A stretch of DNA of 64,000 nucleotides. Origin: Longimicrobiales bacterium (lineage in GTDB: Bacteria > Gemmatimonadota > Gemmatimonadetes > Longimicrobiales > Gaopeijiaceae). The stretch's first letter is position 1. Each line of letters starts with the position of its first letter. The stretch covers positions 768,001 through 832,000 of the forward strand of contig CAXXKM010000003.1 in the NCBI GenBank assembly GCA_963664435.2, written 5' to 3'. The notes under the pieces were generated by a model. The model had not been told where the DNA came from. It did not search any database and saw only the letters and a list, made by a program, of their open reading frames with translations. Shown here piece after piece: positions 56,846 through 64,000 of this stretch. A program made the translations under genes and the position numbers.

Positions 56846-59800
56846 CTACCCGGCCTCCCGCGCCTCCCGCGTCAGCGTCTCAAGCATCTCCATGTAGAAC
56901 TCCCGCCGCGCCTGCTGGTCCTGCGTCAGCGGGGCCACCACGCCTTCCACGGCGCCCGCAAGACGGGCGAGGCGGCTGGCCAACTCACCGAATTCGCGGC
57001 GCAGGTCGCGCAGCCTGGCGGCGCGGGCCCCGACGTCGTCCGCGGCGACCCCCTCCAGCGCCTCCTCGATGCGCGACGCTTCGGAGGCGACACGGGCTCT
57101 CGCCTCGGCCAGTTCCAGCAAAGTGGCTGTCCAGGCGGCCCTTACGTCGGCGGGCGCATCGATCCGCGGATCCTCCTGCAACGGAAAACGTTGCGCGGAC
57201 TCCACGCCCGCGGCCTGGAGGCGCGCGGTGTACGTGCCGGGGACGGCCAGCGGGCCTCGCCCGGCCTCCACCTCGTGGCGCATGTCCCACACTACGCGGT
57301 TCATCCCCTGTCCCGTGGTCCCCTCCACCGTCGCGACGCGGGCGCCGCCTTCGTCTTCGATGGCGATGCTGACCGTCCCCTCCGCCGCCGACTCGGCGAG
57401 CCAGTAGTCGAGGATGGCGCCGTTGGGGGGATTCTCGCCCTGGTAGTGCACGTCGCCGGCGTGGGCGGCTCCGCCCGCTCGCCGGATCTGGGTAGCGGGC
57501 TCGATGGTGAACAGGTGGGCGGGGCCGGCCATGATCTCCGGCGTCAGCTCCTGCAGCGCGTTGATCTGGTCGAGGATCCAGATGCCGCGGCCGTGGGTCC
57601 CGAGCACGAGGTCGTTGTCGCGCGGATGGATGACAAGGTCGTTGAACGGCAGCGTCGGCATTCCGCCCCGCAGCTCGGTCCAGTGCGCGCCGCCGTCCAT
57701 CGTGTAGAAGAGCCCGATCTCGGCGCCCAGGAAGAGCACCGACGGATTGCGCGGATCCTCGCGCACCGTTCGCAGCACGCGCCCGGCGGGCAGGTCACCG
57801 GTGATCGATACCCAGGTCTCCCCGTAGTCGTCGGAGCGGTACAGGTAGTTGGCATAGTCGTCGTTACGGTAGTTGTTCCAGACCGCGTAGACGCGGCTCT
57901 CCTCGTGTCGGGAAGGCTCGATGCCGTTCACCCACGCCCCGGGAGGAAGGCCGGGAAAGTCGGGGAGCACCGAAGGCTCGTCCGAGTCGGACACGTCGCG
58001 GGCGGCGACGTCGGTCCAGCGCTCGCCGCCGTCGCGCGAGACGTGGAGGCGGCCATCGGCCGTGCCGGCATAGATGAGACCCTGCGTGAGCGGGCTCTCC
58101 GCGACGGCCGAGATGGTGGGATAGTAGGGAACGCCGTCGTCCAGGGAGGGCATGAGGTCGTCCGGCATCTGTCCCATGACCGGCAGCGTGCGCCGGTCCA
58201 CGCCGGTGGTGAGGTCGCCCAGCGCCTCCCACGAGCCGCCCTGGTCGGTGGTCTTCCACAGCGTCCTTGTCCCCGCGTAGAGGGTGGACCCGTCGTGGGG
58301 CGAGATGATGAAGGGACCGTCCCAGTTGGCGGGTTCCATGGCGTTGCCGAGGCGCTGCTCCTCGAACGTGCCCACCTCCCTCCAGGTCTCCCAGTTGCGC
58401 CGGCCCGCGATGTGGCCCGAGGGATTGCCGGGCCGGATACTGGTCCGCTGTCCGCTTCGAATATCGAGGCGTGATAGTCCCAAGTATTGTGATTCCGTAT
58501 ATATGATATAGTTGTTGGTCGTGTCCGGGATATTCACGAAGCCATCGCCGCCGCCCAGGCGGGTCCAGTCGCTGTTGACGATCCCCTCCGTGCGGTACGT
58601 CTCGCTGGGTCCCATCCAGGAACCGTTGTCCTGGAGGCCTCCATAGACGTTGTAGGGCTCCGCCATGTCTACCTGGACCCGGTAGTACTGGCTCACCGGC
58701 AGGTCGGAAATGTAGAGCCAGTTCAGGCCGCGGTCGTAGGAGATCCCGAGTCCGCCGTCGTCGGCCTTTATTACGTGGCGCGAGTCGTCGGGGTTGACCC
58801 AGACCAGGCGGTCGTCACCGTGCAGGCTCTGGGGCGGAACGGTGAAGGTGCGCCCGCCGTCGTCGGAGAAGGAATAGCTGTTCACCATGTAGATGCGCTG
58901 GTCGTCGCTCGGGTCGACCAGGATCTGGCTTGCGTACATGGGACGGGGATTCCAGTCGCTCATGAACTCCCACGTCTCGCCGCGGTCCTCGGACCGGTAG
59001 ATGCCGGCGCGCCGCTCCGTGTAGGCGGTGGAGGCGTTGTAGCGGTAGCCCTGCTCGACGCTCACGTAGACGATGCGCGGGTCGCTCAGGTAGATGGAGA
59101 TGCCGATGCGTCCCAGGATGCCATCCGGGAGCCCGCTGGCGATCCCCGGGCCCGAGAGCCGGTCCCAGGTGTCGCCGCCGTCCACGCTCTTGTAGAGTGC
59201 GCTCCCCGGACCGCCGCCGTGGAACCCCCAGGGACGGCGCCGGCGCTGGTAGGTGGCGGCGTAGACGATGGCCGGATCCCCCGGGTCGAGCGCCACATCC
59301 ACGACGCCCGTGTCTTCGTCGATGTGGAGTATGCGCTGCCAGGTCGCGCCTCCGTCCGCGCTCCGGTACAGGCCGCGCTCGTCGTTGGGACCCCACAGGT
59401 GGCCCATGGCAGCCACATAGACGACGTCCGGATCGTCCGGGTGGAGGGCGATGCGCCCGATGTGGCGGCTTTCGCGGAGTCCCATGTTGGTCCACGAGGC
59501 GCCCCCGTCGGTGCTCTTGTACACGCCGTCGCCCCACGACGAGCTCTGCCGGTTTGCGCGCTCGCCGGTCCCGACCCACACCACCGAGGTGTCCCCCTGG
59601 TGCAATGCAATCGCCCCGACGGAGTGGGTCCCCTCGTTCTCGAACACCGGGACGAGGGTGATGCCGTTGTCGGCGGTCTTGTAGACGCCCCCGGTCGCGG
59701 AGGCGACGTAGAACTTGATGGGGTCGGACTCCGCCACCGCGAGATCGACGATCCTGCCACTCATGACGGCGGGCCCGATGTTGCGGGGACGAAGGGCGTC

Positions 59801-59929
59801 CAGCTGTCCGGTTGTGACCTGGGCGTGAGCCGGGGCGATGCCGGCCGTGAGGATCGCCGCGAGAATGCAGGCCGGGAGCCGGCTGTGGAGCCGGTGCGGG
59901 AAGCGGGTCGAAGAGGTCCGTTGGGTCAT
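56846..59929 (-). CDS. Secreted VPS10/BNR-repeat beta-propeller protein, paralog 2
   Basis: Signal peptide ending AHAQ; RNIGPAVMSGRI, Asp-boxes, YGGLQDNGSW and GTHGRGIWILD. Confidence 0.9.
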   Translation of the reverse strand: MTQRTSSTRFPHRLHSRLPACILAAILTAGIAPAHAQVTTGQLDALRPRNIGPAVMSGRIVDLAVAESDPIKFYVASATGGVYKTADNGITLVPVFENEGTHSVGAIALHQGDTSVVWVGTGERANRQSSSWGDGVYKSTDGGASWTNMGLRESRHIGRIALHPDDPDVVYVAAMGHLWGPNDERGLYRSADGGATWQRILHIDEDTGVVDVALDPGDPAIVYAATYQRRRRPWGFHGGGPGSALYKSVDGGDTWDRLSGPGIASGLPDGILGRIGISIYLSDPRIVYVSVEQGYRYNASTAYTERRAGIYRSEDRGETWEFMSDWNPRPMYASQILVDPSDDQRIYMVNSYSFSDDGGRTFTVPPQSLHGDDRLVWVNPDDSRHVIKADDGGLGISYDRGLNWLYISDLPVSQYYRVQVDMAEPYNVYGGLQDNGSWMGPSETYRTEGIVNSDWTRLGGGDGFVNIPDTTNNYIIYTESQYLGLSRLDIRSGQRTSIRPGNPSGHIAGRRNWETWREVGTFEEQRLGNAMEPANWDGPFIISPHDGSTLYAGTRTLWKTTDQGGSWEALGDLTTGVDRRTLPVMGQMPDDLMPSLDDGVPYYPTISAVAESPLTQGLIYAGTADGRLHVSRDGGERWTDVAARDVSDSDEPSVLPDFPGLPPGAWVNGIEPSRHEESRVYAVWNNYRNDDYANYLYRSDDYGETWVSITGDLPAGRVLRTVREDPRNPSVLFLGAEIGLFYTMDGGAHWTELRGGMPTLPFNDLVIHPRDNDLVLGTHGRGIWILDQINALQELTPEIMAGPAHLFTIEPATQIRRAGGAAHAGDVHYQGENPPNGAILDYWLAESAAEGTVSIAIEDEGGARVATVEGTTGQGMNRVVWDMRHEVEAGRGPLAVPGTYTARLQAAGVESAQRFPLQEDPRIDAPADVRAAWTATLLELAEARARVASEASRIEEALEGVAADDVGARAARLRDLRREFGELASRLARLAGAVEGVVAPLTQDQQARREFYMEMLETLTREAREAG

Positions 59930-60130
59930 CGAAGAATCCGGTCGATGGGAAAGAGCGACGCTGACACGAGCCTCATATTCGGCTGTTGCCCGCAGGCGAT
60001 CAACCTCGCAGCCTCACTCGACCCCGCATCCGCCAATGATCCATTTCGCGGGGCCGATGCCTCGCCGGTCCGTGGCGGCGCGCTGCTGAATGTTCGATCT
60101 TTCGATGGCGTTCCTTTCGTGGAGTTTTCG

Positions 60131-60820
60131 ATGACTCGATCTGTCGTGCACGTGATCCTGCTTGCGTCGCTCCTGGCGATCGGCCGACCGGCCTTTGCGC
60201 TGCAAGGGAGTATTTCGGTCGGTGGCCGCGTCGGGACGCTCGGCGTCGGAGCCGAGGTTGCGGTAGCAGTGAACGAGCAAATGGCGATCCGCGGCGGAAT
60301 CGGTTTTCTCGGATTCGAGGTCGATGTCACGGAGAGGTCCAACCTCGCCAGCAACCGTACGGCGGAGCTTTCCCTGCCGGGCGCGCTCTACACGGTGGGC
60401 GCCGAGCAATCGTTCGGTGTCCTCAGGGCGGAAGCGGGTCTGCTGGTGAAATCCGGGGATCCGGCCTACGAGATTACCTACGGCAGCGGCGCGTCTATCG
60501 ATATAGGCGGGGGCTACTACAGGGAGCCGGACGTCGGCACGCTCACCACGACACTCGTATCGAGGTCGATGGCGCCCTACGCACTCCTCGGTTTCGCCCC
60601 GAATCTGTCGCCCGCGATCGCCCTGAGGGTGGACCTCGGCGCCGCCTTTCCACTGGACGCGGGCTTCGAGATGTCCGCGACGGGGGATCCCGCGGTGCTG
60701 AGCTCGTCGGGGTTCCGTGCCGATCTCGAAGCCGAGAGGCGGGACGCCGAGAACGACGCCGGCGCTTTCCTCAGCTATTGGCCCATCATCAGCATCGGCC
60801 TGCGCTATGGGCTGAGGTGA
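60131..60820 (+). CDS. Putative outer-membrane beta-barrel protein
   Basis: Signal peptide; GTLGVGAE; alternating beta strands; APYALLG; terminal WPIISIGLRY. Confidence 0.75.
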   Translation: MTRSVVHVILLASLLAIGRPAFALQGSISVGGRVGTLGVGAEVAVAVNEQMAIRGGIGFLGFEVDVTERSNLASNRTAELSLPGALYTVGAEQSFGVLRAEAGLLVKSGDPAYEITYGSGASIDIGGGYYREPDVGTLTTTLVSRSMAPYALLGFAPNLSPAIALRVDLGAAFPLDAGFEMSATGDPAVLSSSGFRADLEAERRDAENDAGAFLSYWPIISIGLRYGLR

Positions 60821-60825
60821 ACGGA

Positions 60826-62052
60826 ATGACTCGCAAGGGCAGGACACCGCTGGCTCCCCACGAAGTACTGCGCGTGATGGATGCCGCGCAGGTCATCCAC
60901 CGGCGACGGCAGGCGCTTGAGGAGCACGAGGCCTTCGACCGCGAGGCCGCGATCCGCGACATACAGCGCATGTACGAGGAGCTGGGTGATCTCGTGGACA
61001 GCAAGACGATCGAGAAGGCGCTCGACGATTACCTGTCCCAGCGTTACGCCTTCACCCCGGCGCCGCCCGGCGTCGGAAGGAGCCTGGCGCTTCTCTACAT
61101 CCGCCGCGGCTGGATCGCCACGCGCGTGCTGCTGCCCACCGCCGCGGTGGCGGCGCTTATCTGGGGGAGCATTGCGGGCGCGGGAATCATGGGCGAGCGA
61201 GCCCTGGCGCGCGACCTGGAGCGGCTCCGGTTCGAGCTGGCGGGAATTGGCACCGCCCGGGCCGCCGAACTCGAGGAGCTCGAGGCGCTCGTTGCGCGCG
61301 GGGTTCCGCCCGACCTTCCCGCTGCCGAAGCCGATGAGTTTGCGGCCGGCATCGCCGAAGCCGGGATCCAGTTGGTGGCTGTCGAGGAGGCTCTCGATCC
61401 CATCGTGCGGGAGATCGAGCGCGAGGACCTCGCGCGCCCCGACCGCGATCGACTGCGAGAGAGGGCCGCCGCCGTGGCAGCGGACCTCGAGCTGGCCCGG
61501 GCCGGCGTCGACCGCGCAGACGCAGCGATCGAGCGTCACGCCCGCCTGGAGGCCCTTGGGGCCGACGTCATCCGTCTCAACGCCGCCGTGCTCGCGGAAG
61601 CCGCCGAGGACCTGGTCCGCGAGCGCGCCGGAGACCTCGCCCGCGAGGCCGAATCCCATATCGCCGCCCGTGACGTCGACGGGCTCGCCGACGCGGCGCA
61701 ACGCTATCGGGATCTGCTCGACGCGGTCTCCACGGAGTACCGCATCGTCGTCACGGGGGGTGCGTGGCGCTATCCCGACGGCGCGCGCGATGTCCGCAAC
61801 CACTACCTGTTGGTACAGGCGCTGGGGACCGACGGCGAGCCGGTGCCTGTGACGATCCGCAGCGAGGAGAACGACGAGACGAGGCGCGTGCTGCAATGGG
61901 GTGAGCGGGTTCCGCGGGAGGTGTACGACCGCGTCGCCGCCGACAGGGCCGACAACGGCATCATCGACGACGAGGAATTCGGCTTCAAGGCCAGAGGTTT
62001 CGTCACCGCCGAACGCCGTTACGCCGACATCGGGCAGATCACGGAGTGGTAG
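60826..62052 (+). CDS. DUF6384-like membrane-anchored coiled-coil protein
   Basis: VMDAAQ.., RY.F.P.PPG..LALLYIRRGW, one TM, NHYLLVQA..SEE..WGERV and D..DNGII..G.K..G. Confidence 0.78.
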   Translation: MTRKGRTPLAPHEVLRVMDAAQVIHRRRQALEEHEAFDREAAIRDIQRMYEELGDLVDSKTIEKALDDYLSQRYAFTPAPPGVGRSLALLYIRRGWIATRVLLPTAAVAALIWGSIAGAGIMGERALARDLERLRFELAGIGTARAAELEELEALVARGVPPDLPAAEADEFAAGIAEAGIQLVAVEEALDPIVREIEREDLARPDRDRLRERAAAVAADLELARAGVDRADAAIERHARLEALGADVIRLNAAVLAEAAEDLVRERAGDLAREAESHIAARDVDGLADAAQRYRDLLDAVSTEYRIVVTGGAWRYPDGARDVRNHYLLVQALGTDGEPVPVTIRSEENDETRRVLQWGERVPREVYDRVAADRADNGIIDDEEFGFKARGFVTAERRYADIGQITEW

Positions 62053-62054
62053 CC

Positions 62055-63446
62055 ATGCAGACCGGGAGAGACATCCACCGCGGGATCGTCAGGCGAATCC
62101 GGCGCGTCCGGCGTGAGCTGGACGAGCGGGAGCGAAGCATCGACGGGCTGCAGTTGGCGCTGGGCGAGACGGGCGAACGGAGGTGCGGCGCCATTCGTTC
62201 GCTGGCCGAGTTCCATCTCCCGGCGATGAGGGAGGACGCGGTGGCGGCCACCCTCGCGGGGATGGAGTCCAGCGTGCGCGCCATCTTCAACGAGAAAAAG
62301 GACCGCCTGGGCGAGGTGGAGAGGCGAATTCCGGAGGAGCGCGACGACGTCGCGGCGGCCGAGGCCGCGCTGGCATCGGTGACCGAAGCACTGAACGAGA
62401 CCGGCGCAGAGCGGGCCCGACTGGCGCGCCGGGTGTTCGACGAACTCCAGGCCATGCCCCGGTGGCAGCGCCTATTCGAGCGGGCGCGCCTGTTGGAGGC
62501 CCGGGTCGCCGCCTCCCGGAAGCGCCACGAGGCGGCCGAGCGCGAACAGGCCGAAAAGGCGCCCGCGTACGAGGGCGACGCCCTCTTCTCCTACCTCGCG
62601 CGCCGAGGCTACGGCACGCCCAAGGCCACCGGCAACGCCCTCACCCGCCGCCTGGACGGATGGGTGGCGGAGGTGACGCAGTACGAGGACGCCCGCGCCA
62701 GGTACGACTTCCTGAACGCGCTGCCCGGTCACGCGGCCGCGGTACTCGAGGAGGAAAGCGCGGCCCTCGCCACGGCACTTCCCCCGCTGGCCCGCCTGGA
62801 AGAGGAGGTCGTGGACCGCAACGGGCTGACCCCGGTGCTCGCCCGCGGCGAACAGCTCTACGCGGAGCGCGAGGCGGCACGGAAGAGGGTGCGCGCGGCC
62901 GAGGCCACGCTGCGCGAACTCACCGACGAACTGGCTGCCCTCCACGATGAGCGCGGATCCTACTACGAGTCGGCGATCGACGGGCTGGAGGCGTTTCTGG
63001 AGGGCCGCACGCTGGAGGAGCTGGTCGCCATGGCGCGCGCCACCCGCGATCCGCGGGACGACGCCCTGGTGGCGCAGCTGCTCGAGATCGACGACCGGCT
63101 CGCCCAGCTGCGCGCCGAGCTCGCAACGCGCCGAAAAGAGCGCTCGCGTCTCGCTGAGCGCCTGGCGGGCCTGGAGGAGATCCGCGACCGTTTCGAGGCC
63201 GACGACTGGAACGGCCGGCGGTCGCGCTTCGACGACGGGCTCGACATCAACGCACTGCTCCTCGGCTTCGTCGCCGGACGCCACTCTTCCCCGCACGTGC
63301 ATCGGATGCTGGGGCGCAACCAGCATTTTCTCCCGGTCGACAGCTCCGGCGTGGGCAGCTTCGGCGCGGGTGGTTTCGGAGGCGGCGGTTTTTCGACCGG
63401 GGGTGGTTTCGGGGGCGGCGGCTTCTCGACCGGGGGCGGGTTCTAG
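62055..63446 (+). CDS. Long coiled-coil protein with C-terminal GGFSTGGGF repeats
   Basis: Heptad-rich; Y..D.LF.YL..R.YGT and LDGWVA motifs; Gly/Phe tail; 2 bp after the DUF6384-like gene. Confidence 0.8.
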   Translation: MQTGRDIHRGIVRRIRRVRRELDERERSIDGLQLALGETGERRCGAIRSLAEFHLPAMREDAVAATLAGMESSVRAIFNEKKDRLGEVERRIPEERDDVAAAEAALASVTEALNETGAERARLARRVFDELQAMPRWQRLFERARLLEARVAASRKRHEAAEREQAEKAPAYEGDALFSYLARRGYGTPKATGNALTRRLDGWVAEVTQYEDARARYDFLNALPGHAAAVLEEESAALATALPPLARLEEEVVDRNGLTPVLARGEQLYAEREAARKRVRAAEATLRELTDELAALHDERGSYYESAIDGLEAFLEGRTLEELVAMARATRDPRDDALVAQLLEIDDRLAQLRAELATRRKERSRLAERLAGLEEIRDRFEADDWNGRRSRFDDGLDINALLLGFVAGRHSSPHVHRMLGRNQHFLPVDSSGVGSFGAGGFGGGGFSTGGGFGGGGFSTGGGF

Positions 63447-63453
63447 CCGTGGG

Positions 63454-64000
63454 TCACGCGCCCGCCACCCCGGATCGGCGCGCTTCGGGTCGTAGAGCTG
63501 CAAGCTCGGCCGCGCGCTCCAGGTCGGCGGGGGTGTTCACGTTCAGGAAGGCGTACTGCGCGCCCGCTACGGATGCGAACTGGTCGCGGGCCATCACCAC
63601 CGGGTCGTGCGCGCGCACAAACTTTCCCATGCCGAACCGGCCCGCCGCCAGCGATTCCTCCACGGCGGGGACCAGGCTGGCGGGATAACACGCGCAGAGC
63701 GGCTCGATGCCCAGCGGGCCCGGGCTGGCCGGAACGGTCGGGCGCGCGGCGTCGAAGCCGATGGCAAGGCGCGCCACCAGGGCGGGCGGCACCAGGGGCA
63801 GGTCGCACCCGAGCAGGAAGACCCCCGCATCGCCCCGCTCCCGCGCCCACGTGAGCCCCGCGTGCAGCCCGCCAAGGGGACCGGCGCCGGGCGTCAGGTC
63901 GGGGCGGACGGGCACCGCCGCGGGGGTTAGGCCGGCCGGCAGATCATCGGCCCGGTTGGCGATCACCCCGGTCTCCAGGCCGGCGGCCTGCAGGATGGCC
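63454..64000 (-). CDS. mobA: Molybdenum cofactor guanylyltransferase (partial, 5' end outside the window)
   Basis: GPLGGLHAGL, GCDLP, EPLCACY and FLNVNTPADL; frame open to the window edge. Confidence 0.9.
   Translation of the reverse strand, partial: AILQAAGLETGVIANRADDLPAGLTPAAVPVRPDLTPGAGPLGGLHAGLTWARERGDAGVFLLGCDLPLVPPALVARLAIGFDAARPTVPASPGPLGIEPLCACYPASLVPAVEESLAAGRFGMGKFVRAHDPVVMARDQFASVAGAQYAFLNVNTPADLERAAELAALRPEARRSGVAGA

Noticed and set aside
58456..58540. Diversity-generating retroelement variable or template repeat
   Set aside because: No reverse transcriptase and no second near-identical copy seen in the window.

Overview
High-GC bacterial chromosomal window with about 46 protein-coding genes. 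I recognised no rRNA, tRNA or CRISPR array. The gene content (VPS10/BNR propeller proteins, S9 peptidase, DUF5117/DUF4953-type metalloprotease, 6-bladed propeller lipoprotein, PQQ dehydrogenase) suggests Gemmatimonadota, but that is inference only. Recognisable modules are: ergothioneine synthesis egtB-egtD divergent from an EgtUV/Opu-like ABC importer; arsI/cadI plus sigZ; ybbP-ybbA-tesA; a short divergent Rho; STAS, cysD, cysNC and an NCS2 permease; a TetR-TolC-MFP-RND efflux operon; cspA; an arfB-like gene; a DUF6384 pair; and partial mobA. The most notable signal is two DUF222-HNH (13E12-like) genes. One lies in a 2007-bp segment that splits cysD from cysNC and is flanked by a CTGAT direct repeat, whose removal exactly restores the TGATG cysD-stop/cysN-start overlap. 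This points to a mobile element with no transposase and no terminal inverted repeats. Both copies encode their VSAET motif with a parS-like DNA palindrome. Other leads are an NCS2 permease fused to a degenerate RsbW-like domain near a STAS gene, a Tat-signal aminotransferase, an AT-rich codon patch inside a GC-rich gene, and many 15-27 bp tandem repeats. All family calls come from motif recognition by eye, not from database searches.
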